Source: Myxococcales bacterium
GTDB taxonomy: Bacteria > Myxococcota_A > Polyangia > Polyangiales > DASUME01
Assembly (NCBI GenBank): GCA_047601445.1
Contig: JASGJH010000001.1
Span: forward strand, 9,120,001-9,184,000
Direction of reading: 5' to 3'
DNA length: 64,000 bases
Numbering within the stretch: the stretch's first letter is position 1; each line of letters opens with the position of its first letter. Below, in pieces: positions 1 through 10,011 of the stretch. The notes under the pieces were generated by a model. That model saw only the letters and a list, made by a program, of their open reading frames with translations. It had not been told where the DNA came from and did not search any database. Made by a program: the position numbers and the translations under genes.

Positions 1-1067
1 CGAGCACGCGCGCGAGCAGCACGGTGAGCGCTTCCTGGGCCGACTCGTCCCCAGCGCCGCGCTTCTGCATGAGTTCGTCGAGCACGTGCGTGATCTTGTC
101 GCCCCTCATGAAGGCCGTGACCAGCACGCGACGCGTCGACAACTCCTTGACCACGCGGGGCGCCTGGATCGGTCCGTCTTCTCCGAAGAACAGCGCCACG
201 CGCTCGGTGAGTGCGGCCTCACGGGTGTAGTCGAGCTCGGCCTCGATCATCGCGCGCGTCTCGCCGATGATGGTGTCGAAGTCCACCGGAGGTAGGTCCT
301 CCGACAAGGCTCGCACGAAGATCTCGAGGAGCATGAGAATCCAGCGAGACCAGCTCCTCGATGTTGGGACGCTGCACCTTCACGGCCACCTCACGCCCGT
401 CTTGCAGCGTGGCGCGGTGCACCTGTCCAATACTCGCCGCCGCCAGCGGCTCCTGATCGAAGGCCGCGAAGACGTCCTCGATGGGCTGGCCGAGCTCTTC
501 TTCGATCAGGCTCATGACCGCAGGGAAGGGCACCTCGGGGGCGGCGTCCTGCAGCTTCGAGAGCTCCCGGATGTAGACCTCGGGCAAGAGGTCGGGGCGA
601 GCCGAGAGCATCTGTCCAACCTTGAGGAAGGCGCCTCCGTGGCGGACCGAGAGATCGTAGAGCCGGCGGGCCGACTCGCGATGCAGGTCCTCGAGCGCCC
701 GCGCCGCGCGTTCGCGCGACAGGAAGGCGGCCTTGGTGGTGTGCAGTCGGTAGCCGGCGGCGATGCGGGTCAGCACGAACCCCGTGGCCGTGAGGCGCGC
801 CAGGCGCTCGGGCCAGGTGGAGAGATCGTTGGCCAGGTTTCGCGAGCCCACCGCGAAGCGCCCCAGGACGCTCTGGGCGCCCTGGAAAGCATCCTGGGCG
901 GCCTTGCCCACGGATCGCACCTGCCAGGCGGTCTGCTCGATGGCGACCAGCAACGCATCGACGACCTGGAGCCAGAGCTTGATCTGACTGCGCACGTCGA
1001 ACCCAGCATCGGTAAAAGGATCTCGAGGGCCAGATCGGCGTGAGCGGTAACTCTTGTGAGGGGGCAT
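1..1067 (-). CDS. ABC1/UbiB/AarF-family atypical kinase, apparent +1 frameshift at ~338, 3' end runs off the window
   Basis: Motifs GAFLKVGQMLSARPDLLP, AAASIGQVHRA, VAVKVQRP. Dropping one base at 338/339 continues the frame as DLMLLEIF...AELDYTREA...APRVVKELSTRRVLVTAFMRG, the expected UbiB continuation. GGAGG RBS before ATG 1067. Confidence 0.85.
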
Positions 1068-1194
1068 CGCAGCGTCCTCCGTCATCTTCGGTATTACGCG
1101 TGTGTAATACGACGGATGACGACGACGCAAGCACTACGTGCGCCCGTGTGCGCTTTTCCGGCTGCGCCCCCCGATACCGAGAGCGCTGCGGCCC

Positions 1195-1767
1195 CTAGCG
1201 AACTTCCTTGGCTGCCGAGAGGGTCTCGAGACAGTCCGGGCAAACCCACACTCGTGGCATGTCCGGTCGGTCATTCATGCCTAGATAGGCGCGAGTTCCC
1301 CGCGCAATCACACAGCCGCACTTGGCGCACTCGGCCTGGCGGTTGAGCACGAGCTCCTGGAAGCCGTAGACGTGGGCCAGGGGGCTCTCCTCGCTGAGCT
1401 CTTCCTCTTCCTCCGGCTCGGCGGGGGGCTCCTCCTCCACCTCCCGTGTCTCGACGACCTCGGCGGGGGGCACGGAAGACGTGCTGTTGCGGTGCGAGGT
1501 TTCGCCCCGTGCGGTGGCGGCCAGTCGTGCCGCATCTCGCTTGAAAGTCTGAGCCATTTCGACCGAGTCGGTCACCACTCGGTCCACCTCGGTCACCACG
1601 TTGTCGACCAGGTTGAAGGTATCTTCGAGGACGTTACGAATCAGGTGAGACACCGAAAGCCTGCGCCGGCGCGCTTCATCCTTGAGCGTGCTCTCGAGAT
1701 TTTGCGGGACGCGTGTCTGGATCAGTCGGTCCTTACGCTGCCGGTCGTTCCCGTCCATACCTGCCAT
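1195..1767 (-). CDS. Hypothetical protein: ribbon-helix-helix-like N-terminus plus C-terminal CxxC...CxxC zinc ribbon
   Basis: RLIQTRVPQNLESTLKDEARRRRLSVSHLIRNVLE resembles CopG/RHH; CAKC and CPDC near the C-terminus; acidic linker. Confidence 0.6.
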   Translation of the reverse strand: MAGMDGNDRQRKDRLIQTRVPQNLESTLKDEARRRRLSVSHLIRNVLEDTFNLVDNVVTEVDRVVTDSVEMAQTFKRDAARLAATARGETSHRNSTSSVPPAEVVETREVEEEPPAEPEEEEELSEESPLAHVYGFQELVLNRQAECAKCGCVIARGTRAYLGMNDRPDMPRVWVCPDCLETLSAAKEVR

Positions 1768-1871
1768 CGCCTCACGTCCTGTTATAGCGGAGTCAGGCGG
1801 AAATCACGGTCGGTTTCGCGCTTTCCGTCTCCCTGACGTGCTCCGCCGCAGGACCGAAGCAGGTTAAACAC

Positions 1872-1894
1872 AAAAAGCCCGCGAACAAGCGGGC
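1872..1894 (-). terminator. Intrinsic terminator downstream of rpsU
   Basis: Minus strand GCCCGC-TTGTTC-GCGGGC followed by TTTTT. Confidence 0.75.
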
Positions 1895-1920
1895 CAGCCC
1901 CGGACCGTAGTCCCGGGAGC

Positions 1921-2148
1921 TCAGCGGCCTTCGGCCTGCTTGCGAGCGCGCTTGCGACGGTTGCGCTCCGCTTCCGCCTGCTTCTTGCGGCGCTTCACGG
2001 AGGGCTTCATGTAGCTGCGACGCTTCTTGAGCTCACGCATGATGCCTTCCGAGGCCATCATGCGCTTGAGCTGCTTGATCGCACGCTCGACGCCACGCTC
2101 GCCAACCTCGACCTCGACTGGCTTACACTGAACCGGATCCGCTGCCAT
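1921..2148 (-). CDS. rpsU: 30S ribosomal protein S21
   Basis: VERAIKQLKR...GIMRELKKRRSYMKPSVKRRKK; AAAGGA RBS before ATG 2148; 75 aa. Confidence 0.93.
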   Translation of the reverse strand: MAADPVQCKPVEVEVGERGVERAIKQLKRMMASEGIMRELKKRRSYMKPSVKRRKKQAEAERNRRKRARKQAEGR

Positions 2149-2286
2149 GAGTGTCCTTTCAAACCGGGCCGCAGTGATATCCGCCTGGAGCTCAAACGCA
2201 AGCCGAATGGCCCAAGAAAGGGCCGAGTCCCGTTGTTCCGTCCCGCGTTGTTCCGAACCCCGGCGGCCTTGCGGTACGCTGGGGCC

Positions 2287-2889
2287 GTGATCTCCCGTCG
2301 TTCCTTGCGCCGGTCCCTCAAGCGTGCCCGCATTCGCGTGGCGCGTCATGCGGTTTTGGTTGGGATCTTGGGCCTGTTTGGAATCGCCGCTCTCAACTGG
2401 GGGGTGCGCTCCGCGGGCGGCTCGGTGAGTCTGCTCTCGATGTCTCGGCTCGGACCCAAGGCCGAAGCGTTGTCCACACTGGCGCTCCACGGCCTACGTT
2501 GCGATGGCCACGATCAGACGAGCATCGAAGCTGCCATCCGAAGCGCGGCACGGCGTCACCAGGTCTCGGAGGGGTTGGCGCTGGCGCTCGCGCGCGTCGA
2601 GTCCTCGCTCGTGCACACTCGGATCAGCTCGACGGGCGCGATGGGACTCATGCAGCTCATGCCCAACACCGCACGCGAACTCGGCGTTCAGGATCCCTTC
2701 GACGTCGCACAGAACGCCGACGCAGGTGTGCGCTACTTGAAGCAACTGCTCGGCAGTTATCGCGGCGACGTGAAGCGCGCGCTCGCGGCCTACAACGCGG
2801 GTTCCGCGCGTGTGCCGCGTAAAGGTCCGCTGAACGGTCTGCCCCTCGAGACCAGGACGTATGTGTTTCGAATCGTTGGTGGTATTTAA
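2287..2889 (+). CDS. Lytic transglycosylase (SLT domain) with N-terminal membrane anchor; start uncertain
   Basis: ARVESS (catalytic E), GAMGLMQLMP, NADAGVRYL, ALAAYNAG. Confidence 0.88.
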   Translation: MISRRSLRRSLKRARIRVARHAVLVGILGLFGIAALNWGVRSAGGSVSLLSMSRLGPKAEALSTLALHGLRCDGHDQTSIEAAIRSAARRHQVSEGLALALARVESSLVHTRISSTGAMGLMQLMPNTARELGVQDPFDVAQNADAGVRYLKQLLGSYRGDVKRALAAYNAGSARVPRKGPLNGLPLETRTYVFRIVGGI

Positions 2890-3040
2890 GTCGGCAAATT
2901 TTGCGCCGTTTTCTGCGCGAATCGAACGGATCGTGAAAGAATCGCTGGCACTGTTTGGCATCGCGCGTTTGGGGCGATGACGTGTTGCACAGCGGGCGCG
3001 GTCGAGCCTTTGCCGAGGCGTTCGCAGGAGAAACGAGATC

Positions 3041-4309
3041 ATGGGTCGAGGCGCTCTGTTGAAGCGGATCGGGCTCGTCGGCTGCTTGCTGGCGATGTGG
3101 GGTGTCCTGGTGCTGCCGTCGCAGTCACGGGGTGAATCGGGGATCTTGGCGCGTGGTCCGGGCTCGACACCGGTTGCTCAGCCGGACGGCGCTGGCACCT
3201 TCGTCGACCGCATCACCGAGCAGGGCCAGCGCGCGCGCGGGCTCTACATCACGTACCCGTACTTGCACATCTACGGTACCAAGGGCGTGATCAGCATGCT
3301 CAAGCATGCCCACCTGGATACGGCCGTGCTCGACCTCAAGGACGACGCCGGGCGCATCAGCTTCCCGACTCAGGTCGAGGCCTTCAAGCCGCAGATCGTG
3401 CCGGAAACAAACGACCTGGCCCAGGCCGTCAAGGACCTGCACGCGGCCGGCATGTACGCCGTCGGGCGCATCGTCTGCTTCAACGACCCGAGCCTGCCCA
3501 AGCGTGAGCCCGACCGAGCCATCCACGATGGGCGGCCCAAGTACGCCGGCCAGAACAAGCCCTGGGTGTCATGGGGCACCGGCAACACCTGGCTCAACCC
3601 GTACAACAAGAAGAACCACGACCTCTACGTCCAGATGGCCAAAGAGGCCGAGTCCATGGGCTTCGACGAGGTCCAGCTCGACTACATCCGGTTCCCGGTC
3701 GACGGCGGCGTGGAGTACGCCCAGTACGAGCCCAGCACCGACGAGCTGCGTCGCTTCGTCATCCTGGACATGTTGCGCCGCATCGACGCGGCGATCTCCA
3801 TCCCCCTCGGCGTCGACGTCTTCGGCCTGACCGCCATCCGTCGCGGCGATCCCACGGGCCTCGGTCAGTCGCTGACCGACTGGACGCCGCACATCGAAAT
3901 CTTCTCTCCGATGCTCTACGTGAACGCCATGCCCGGCTGGCGCATGGACGTGGAGGATCGCGGCCACGTCCTGGTGAAGGGACCCTCCTATATCCTGCGT
4001 CAGCGCGTGGGGCGTGGGCCGGTGATCCGACCCTTCATGCAGGCCTTCCACAATGGCCTCGGCGAGAAGTGGAATCCGGACTTCATTGCTCAGGAGATCA
4101 CGGGCGCGCGTGGCGGTGAGGCCGATGGCTTCCTGTTCTGGAACCCCGGCTCCAACTACGCGATGGTGTCGCGCGGCGTGGCCTCGGCTGCCGGACTCGG
4201 CTCGCCGTTCCCGCTCCAGGACCGCGGCAAGTTCCGCGAGCAGGTGTGGGCCAAGGGGGAGCACGATCTCTCGCCGCAGAGCGAACGCAACGACAAGGTC
4301 GGCTGGTAG
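3041..4309 (+). CDS. Exported putative glycoside hydrolase (DUF4015-like TIM barrel)
   Basis: Signal peptide; AVLDLKDDAG, GRIVCFND, WLNPY, GFDEVQLDYIRFP, SPMLY motifs. Confidence 0.75.
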   Translation: MGRGALLKRIGLVGCLLAMWGVLVLPSQSRGESGILARGPGSTPVAQPDGAGTFVDRITEQGQRARGLYITYPYLHIYGTKGVISMLKHAHLDTAVLDLKDDAGRISFPTQVEAFKPQIVPETNDLAQAVKDLHAAGMYAVGRIVCFNDPSLPKREPDRAIHDGRPKYAGQNKPWVSWGTGNTWLNPYNKKNHDLYVQMAKEAESMGFDEVQLDYIRFPVDGGVEYAQYEPSTDELRRFVILDMLRRIDAAISIPLGVDVFGLTAIRRGDPTGLGQSLTDWTPHIEIFSPMLYVNAMPGWRMDVEDRGHVLVKGPSYILRQRVGRGPVIRPFMQAFHNGLGEKWNPDFIAQEITGARGGEADGFLFWNPGSNYAMVSRGVASAAGLGSPFPLQDRGKFREQVWAKGEHDLSPQSERNDKVGW

Positions 4310-4329
4310 TCGACGTCGGCCCTCGACCC

Positions 4330-4371
4330 AAGAGCGGGCTCGCCTCTCCCACTAGGCGGTCCCGCTCTTTT
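4330..4371. terminator. Hairpin/terminator between convergent genes
   Basis: AAGAGCGGG...CCCGCTCTTTT inverted repeat with inner CGCCT/AGGCG. Confidence 0.55.
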
Positions 4372-4382
4372 GCGTTGCGCGA

Positions 4383-4685
4383 CTAGAGCGCGCCTCCAGC
4401 GCCCATCCATCCCGAAAGGGCGAGGGACTCGAAGCAACGCCAGACCGCCACCAGTGCTGCCGCATGGACGGCGGTGGCGCGGAAGACGCGGCGGCCGATC
4501 TGAAGCTCGAGCGCGACGTGGTAGCCGTTGGGCTCGTTGTACTGCAGGCAAGCGCGAAGGGTGTCGCCCTGAATGCGCTTGGAATGCGCGCACCTGCGGA
4601 CGAAGTACACGAGTGCGTCTCTCGGCAGCATTTGCCGGAAGGTCACCTCGATGGCCCGGATCGGGCTTTCTTCCTTCGGCTCCAC
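4383..4685 (-). CDS. Small hypothetical protein, weakly HPF/RaiA-like
   Basis: IEVTFRQMLPRDALVYFVR and YHVALEL resemble the HPF pattern; 100 aa; similarity is weak. Confidence 0.45.
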   Translation of the reverse strand: MEPKEESPIRAIEVTFRQMLPRDALVYFVRRCAHSKRIQGDTLRACLQYNEPNGYHVALELQIGRRVFRATAVHAAALVAVWRCFESLALSGWMGAGGAL

Positions 4686-4852
4686 GGCATCCCCCTCAGC
4701 AGAACACTGCCTATGACTACACTGCGCTACGGGTGTGTCAACGGCTGTTTGTGCTTGTCGCGGAGGATTTTCCTGAGTGTTCCTGCGTTGGTACAGCTCG
4801 TTTCAAAGCCGTTGCCAGGAGCGTCGCAGTGTCTCATGGAGACCCGGTTGGG

Positions 4853-5260
4853 TCAGAAGATCAACTTTCCACCGCCGCCAGGTCCGGGCATGCCCCCACC
4901 TGGGAGTCCGCCACCGCCCTGTCCGGGTACCACGATGCGGGACATCTGCTGACGCTGCATCTCGCGGGCCTGCTCGATGAGGCGTTCCACTGCGGCCTGG
5001 ACGGCCTCCGGGAACTTGTCCATGGCCTCGTTGAGGTCCTTGGCTTCGATCGGGCACTGGATGGGGAGGGGACCGCGGTCCGACATCAAGGTCGTCTCGC
5101 CCGTAAAGAGCACGGGACGGGAAGAGTCCGGCGAGCCGTCCTCCTTGATGGGCGACAACCTCCGCAGGGTAGCCACCTTGAGGTCCGTGAAGGACTCCTC
5201 TTTGTACAGATTCGCTTTGTCGACCTTCACATCACCGAAGGGGGTGTTCTCGTTTGCCAT
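4853..5260 (-). CDS. Conserved-looking hypothetical cytoplasmic protein
   Basis: Clean GC3 codon bias; NLYKEESFTDLKVATLRRLSP...SRIVVPG with Gly-rich tail. Confidence 0.75.
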   Translation of the reverse strand: MANENTPFGDVKVDKANLYKEESFTDLKVATLRRLSPIKEDGSPDSSRPVLFTGETTLMSDRGPLPIQCPIEAKDLNEAMDKFPEAVQAAVERLIEQAREMQRQQMSRIVVPGQGGGGLPGGGMPGPGGGGKLIF

Positions 5261-5570
5261 GGGCGCACTCATGCCAAATACCGGCGCGGGAATCAACGTG
5301 ATGGGTGTGACCAGCGCTCAATCAAAACGCACGATCATGTAGGGTCAGCTACTTCGTTAGGGGCAAAAAAATGATACGGTGCGCCAAGTAGGTTGCCCGA
5401 CCTGGGGAGCGTGTGCTTCCGGTCGGGTTTCGCGCGGGTCCAGGTCAGCGCAACTCCGCTCACCGGCGGGGAGAACCAGCAGCGTCTTTCCGTATCAGTC
5501 AGTTCGAAAAGTGTGTCGGGTCAGCCCCGCGACACGCGACACTTGCGGGGCTGGTTGAAGGATTGGGTGG

Positions 5571-6989
5571 ATGGTCTCGAACGGCACGGTTGTGTCCACG
5601 GAACGGAGTAACGCAGCCTGGCTGATGCGACTCCTGGACGCCTGCCTGATCGGCTTCGCCCACTACCTCGCCTCCCTGCTGCGCGAAGAAGACCCGGGCG
5701 CCGATCTCTATCTGGTGGTGGCGACCCTGGTGGCGGCCGTCATCTTCAACGTCATCGGTGACGCCAACGGCCTCTACCGACCCAACCTCCGGTCGGCTTT
5801 CGGCAAGGTGGAGATCGGCAAGATCTGGACGAGCTGGGCCCTCACGCCCCCCCTGCTGCTCACCGTCGCGTTCACCTTCAAGATCAGCGACTCCTATTCG
5901 CGCGCCGTCACGCTGGTGTGGTTCATCCTCGCGCCCGTGATCCTGAGCGTGGTGCGCTACGCCACGCGGCGGGTGAACGGCGAGCTCTCACGGCGCGGCG
6001 TCGCCACGCGCTCCGTGCACATCGTGGGGGCCACCAAGATGGGGGCCCTGATCGCCCAGCGCATCATGGACGATCCGACCTCGGGCCTGCGCGTCCAGGG
6101 CTTCTTCGACGATCGCGACCCCGAGCGCCTGCACCCCATGCCCAAGGGGCTGGGTGAGTGCATGGGCAAGCTCGACGGTTTGCTCGAGCTGGCCCGCAAG
6201 GGGCAGGTGGACATCGTCTACGTGGCGCTCCCGCTGCGCGCCGAGTCCCGCATCAGCGAAATCGTGCGGCGCTTGGCCGACAGCACGGCCTCCGTGTACG
6301 TGGTGGCGGACTTCCTGGTCTTCGACTTGGTCCACGCCCAGTGGTCCAACGTGCAGGGGTTGCCGGTGGTCAGTGTGTTCGAGAGCCCGTTCTACGGGGT
6401 CAACGGCTGGCTCAAGCGCTTCGAGGACATCGTGCTCGGCTCCTTGATCATGCTGCTGATCTCGCCGGCCATGGCGCTGATCGCCCTGGGTGTGAAGTTG
6501 AGCTCGGCCGGCCCGGTGTTCTTTCGGCAGCGCCGCTATGGGCTCAACGGCGAGGAGATCCGGGTCCTCAAGTTCCGCACGATGACGGTGCTCGAGGACG
6601 GTCCCGAGGTGAAGCAGGCGGTCAAGGGAGACCAGCGCATCACGCGCTTCGGCGCCTTCCTGCGGCGCACCTCGCTCGACGAGCTACCCCAGTTCATCAA
6701 CGTGCTCTCGGGGGAGATGTCCATCGTGGGTCCGCGCCCGCACGCGGTGGCACACAACGAGATGTACCGCCGGATGATCCACGGCTACATGCTGCGGCAC
6801 AAGGTCAAGCCCGGCATCACGGGCTGGGCCCAGGTGAACGGCTGGCGCGGTGAGACCGACACGCTCGAGAAGATGGAGCAGCGGATCAACCACGATCTGC
6901 ACTACATCCAGAACTGGGGCCTGTTGTTCGACATCAAGATCATCGTGAAGACCGTGGTCGGCACCGGGACCCGCCAAAACGCCTACTGA
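5571..6989 (+). CDS. wcaJ: Undecaprenyl-phosphate glucose phosphotransferase (priming sugar transferase, WcaJ/GumD type)
   Basis: Four N-terminal TM helices, CoA-binding-like middle; KRFEDI, KFRTM, RRTSLDELPQFINVL, SIVGPRPHA, KPGITGWAQVNGWRG. Confidence 0.92.
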   Translation: MVSNGTVVSTERSNAAWLMRLLDACLIGFAHYLASLLREEDPGADLYLVVATLVAAVIFNVIGDANGLYRPNLRSAFGKVEIGKIWTSWALTPPLLLTVAFTFKISDSYSRAVTLVWFILAPVILSVVRYATRRVNGELSRRGVATRSVHIVGATKMGALIAQRIMDDPTSGLRVQGFFDDRDPERLHPMPKGLGECMGKLDGLLELARKGQVDIVYVALPLRAESRISEIVRRLADSTASVYVVADFLVFDLVHAQWSNVQGLPVVSVFESPFYGVNGWLKRFEDIVLGSLIMLLISPAMALIALGVKLSSAGPVFFRQRRYGLNGEEIRVLKFRTMTVLEDGPEVKQAVKGDQRITRFGAFLRRTSLDELPQFINVLSGEMSIVGPRPHAVAHNEMYRRMIHGYMLRHKVKPGITGWAQVNGWRGETDTLEKMEQRINHDLHYIQNWGLLFDIKIIVKTVVGTGTRQNAY

Positions 6990-7002
6990 TCGGCGGCTTT
7001 TG

Positions 7003-7128
7003 ACGGGGCGCTCACGCGACCTCCTCGCCCGTCGCAACAAAGCTGCGCCCGGGCCCACCCCACCGTGAGGTTCGCTGCGCTCACGGGGCGCAGGGGTGGA
7101 CTCCACCGCGAGGTTCGCTGCGCTCACG
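7003..7128 (+). repeat. REP-like palindromic intergenic element, copy 1 (84-bp unit plus partial second unit 7103-7128)
   Basis: 8 mismatches in 84 bp (hand alignment) versus 30634-30717; internal hairpins. Confidence 0.85.
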
Positions 7129-7198
7129 CCTACGCGCCTGCAACCGGATCGGGCCTTTGCGCGCCGGCGCCTCGCGCTATGTTTCGCGAGGTGATTTC

Positions 7199-8029
7199 AT
7201 GAAGCGATTCGGACTTTGGTGCGCCGCCCTTTGCGCCGCGCTCGTCATCGGCGGCTGCATGGGGCCGCAAAAACCTCCGCGTCAACGCTTGCCGGACGCC
7301 AACACGACCACCACGCCGGTCGGGACCGAGGGCAGTTCGCCCAAGGCGCCGGCCCCCGAGGTCGTCGAGGTGCGCGTGCTGTTGGTGTCGTACGCGGGCG
7401 CCAAAGGGGCTCCGCCTACCCAAACCCGCAACAGGGAGCAGGCGCTCGAGCGTGCGCGCATGATCTCGCGCATGGCCCGCAGTGGAGATCGGCTCTCGGA
7501 GCTCGTGCGCAAGTACAGCGAGCTCCCGGGCGCGAGCACCGACTACGGGCTGTTCCGAATCCGCCCCGCGCAGCCCGGTGCCTTCGGTACGGAGGTCGGC
7601 CAGGCGGCGGTGGCGCTGCGACCGGGGGGCATCAGCGATCCGGTGGACGCCCCGCTCGGTTACTTCGTCGTCGAGCGGCGCAACGATCCTCCAGGGGGCC
7701 CGACGCGCGTGGCCGCTCGCCATATCTTGATCAGCTACAAGGGCGCGCCGCACGCGATTCCGGGGGTCACGAGGACCGAAGCCGAGGCGCGTACCATCGC
7801 GACCCAGGTCGCTCGCGACGCGAAGCAACCCGACGCCAACTGGAATGCACTCGCCGCCAAGTACACCGATGAGCCCGGTTCGAAGGAGACGGGCGGCGAC
7901 CTGGGCAAGTTCGGGCGTGGGCAGATGGTGCCGGCCTTCGAGAACGCGGCGTTCGCGCTCGCCGTGGGGCAGATCAGTGACGTGGTGCAGTCGCCCTTCG
8001 GGTTCCACGTCATCATGCGCTACGAGTAG
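7199..8029 (+). CDS. Parvulin/PpiC-type peptidyl-prolyl isomerase lipoprotein, two rotamase domains
   Basis: Lipobox VIGGC; ARHILISYKG, GGDLGKFGRGQMVPAFENAAF, SPFGFHVI; GAGGTG RBS. Confidence 0.92.
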   Translation: MKRFGLWCAALCAALVIGGCMGPQKPPRQRLPDANTTTTPVGTEGSSPKAPAPEVVEVRVLLVSYAGAKGAPPTQTRNREQALERARMISRMARSGDRLSELVRKYSELPGASTDYGLFRIRPAQPGAFGTEVGQAAVALRPGGISDPVDAPLGYFVVERRNDPPGGPTRVAARHILISYKGAPHAIPGVTRTEAEARTIATQVARDAKQPDANWNALAAKYTDEPGSKETGGDLGKFGRGQMVPAFENAAFALAVGQISDVVQSPFGFHVIMRYE

Positions 8030-8032
8030 TGG

Positions 8033-9868
8033 TCAGTCGGCTCGCAGCAGGTCGAGCAAGGCACTCCCGTACTTCTTGATGCGCTCCTCGCCCATCCCCC
8101 AGACCCCCTGGAGATCCTCCTGTGTGCGCGGACGCGCCGCACAGAGGGCCTCCAGGGTCCGATTCTGGAAGACCTGATAGGGCTTGATGCGGCGGCGCTT
8201 GGCCTCGTTGCGACGGAAACGCTTCAGCGAGGTCTCGAGCGAGTTGGCGCGAGGGCGCGGGGCGGAGCCTTCGCTGCGGACAGGACGCACGCGCTTCCCG
8301 GCCACCCACAGGGTGGGGTACTTCTGGCCCTTGGGTTCGAGCAGACCGCGCGCGAGCAGAGTATCGATGGCCCGGAAAATGGACTCTTCCGAGGCGCTCT
8401 TGAGCGCGCCGAAGTGGGGATTTCGTTGCAGTCGCTTGCGCGTCACGTCGCGGGCATTGCTGCCGCGCAGACCGCGCATCACGTAGCGGCGCCCGAGCGG
8501 CTTGGGTAGCGCATCCACGAAGGCCACCACCAGCTCGAGGTCGCGCTCGTCGAGCTCCACCGCGGCGGCGCTGCTCTCGGCCTGGGCGCGTTTCTTGGCT
8601 TTGACCGTGGCCACCTGCCCGTGTTGGCGGTGGGCGGCGAGCTGCGCGCTGACCGCGGTCGAGTCCGCGCACACGTCGCAGTTGCCACATTCGCCGCTGG
8701 CGAGCTCTCCGAAGTGCTGGGCCATCTCGCGCTGACGGCAGCCGAGCCCGACCGCGTAGCGCTCGAGCGCCTCGAACCCGAGCAAGCTACCGGGCGCTGG
8801 CGCGGGACCGCGTAGCTTCTCGTGCACGCGTCGATCCGCCTCGGAGTAGGCGAGCCAGCATTCGGCGTCGGCACCGCCGCGCCCGGCGCGCCCTGCCTGT
8901 TGGACATAGGCCTCGAGACTCGCTGGCGATTCCACGTGGATGACCACGCTCACGTCCGGCATGTCCACGCCCATGCCGAAGGCGCTGGTGGCGACCAACA
9001 CGGGCGTGGTGCCGGCGGCGAACAGCGCGGCGGCCCGTGCCCGCGCCGAGTCGCGGCGCCCCGCGTGGTAGTAACCTGCGCGGATGCCGGCCTTGCGCAG
9101 CGCGCGCTGTACTGCCTCCGCTCGCTTGCGGGTGGCCGCAAACACGAGCGCACGTCGGGTGGCTTTGCGGGCAGCAAAGCCCAGTTCTGCCAGCTTCTCA
9201 ATGACCCAGCGGGTGCGTGTCTGATCGCTGTCGAGGAGCTTGACCCTGAAGCTCAGGTTGGCTCGGCGGAGTGCACCGCGGATCACCTCGGGTTGCTGGA
9301 GCGCGAGTGAAGCCTCGATGTCCTGCGCTACGCGTTGGGTGGCAGTGGCGGTGAGCGCCATGAGGGGCAAACCAAGCGTGTGCTTGAGCCAGCCGAGCTC
9401 CCGATACTCGGGGCGAAAATCGTGGCCCCATTCGCTGATGCAGTGGGCCTCGTCGATCACCGCGCGGGCCAACCCGGCGCGCTCGAGTTGGGCTCGAAAG
9501 CGCGCGTTCTTGAGGCGCTCTGGGCTCGCGTAGACCAGCTCCTGTTCACTCAGGCGCGCGAGCTCCCGGGACTGCTCCTTCCACGGGATGCCCGAGTGCA
9601 GCGCGACCGCGCGCACGCCGCGCGCGCGAAGCGTGGACACCTGATCGTCCATCAGGGCCATCAAGGGGCTCACCACCAAGGTCGGTCCCTGGCCTTGTCG
9701 GGCCAGGGTCACCGCGGGCACCTGGTAACACAGGGACTTGCCTGCCCCGGTTGGAAGCAGCACCAGCACGTCGCGACCCAGGAGGAAGCTCTCCACGGCG
9801 TGCGCCTGGCCCCAACGAAACTCCTGCAGCCCAAACACGCTCGCGAGTACGGAAAGCGGCGACGGCAC
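8033..9868 (-). CDS. recQ: RecQ-family ATP-dependent DNA helicase with Zn-binding region and C-terminal HRDC
   Basis: [55 protein letters not shown]-like C-terminus. Confidence 0.9.
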   Translation of the reverse strand: MPSPLSVLASVFGLQEFRWGQAHAVESFLLGRDVLVLLPTGAGKSLCYQVPAVTLARQGQGPTLVVSPLMALMDDQVSTLRARGVRAVALHSGIPWKEQSRELARLSEQELVYASPERLKNARFRAQLERAGLARAVIDEAHCISEWGHDFRPEYRELGWLKHTLGLPLMALTATATQRVAQDIEASLALQQPEVIRGALRRANLSFRVKLLDSDQTRTRWVIEKLAELGFAARKATRRALVFAATRKRAEAVQRALRKAGIRAGYYHAGRRDSARARAAALFAAGTTPVLVATSAFGMGVDMPDVSVVIHVESPASLEAYVQQAGRAGRGGADAECWLAYSEADRRVHEKLRGPAPAPGSLLGFEALERYAVGLGCRQREMAQHFGELASGECGNCDVCADSTAVSAQLAAHRQHGQVATVKAKKRAQAESSAAAVELDERDLELVVAFVDALPKPLGRRYVMRGLRGSNARDVTRKRLQRNPHFGALKSASEESIFRAIDTLLARGLLEPKGQKYPTLWVAGKRVRPVRSEGSAPRPRANSLETSLKRFRRNEAKRRRIKPYQVFQNRTLEALCAARPRTQEDLQGVWGMGEERIKKYGSALLDLLRAD

Positions 9869-9947
9869 GGGCCGACTCTATCATCGGCGTCCGGGGTTCG
9901 CCGGATTCACGGTGCGCGGTCGCGCCTGGTTAGCGACCCAGAAACGC

Positions 9948-9980
9948 AAAAACGCGCGCCCGTATGCGAGGCGCGCGTTT
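9948..9980 (-). terminator. Intrinsic terminator downstream of the sigma factor gene
   Basis: AAACGCGCGCC/GGCGCGCGTTT stem, with TTTTT on the minus strand. Confidence 0.75.
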
Positions 9981-10011
9981 CGAAAGCCGGGTCGAGCGAC
10001 GACCCGAGTCG

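Noticed and set aside
2945..2975. TGGCA motifs upstream of the DUF4015-like gene as a sigma54 promoter
   Set aside because: Spacing to GC is 9 nt for one and there is no GC at -12 for the other
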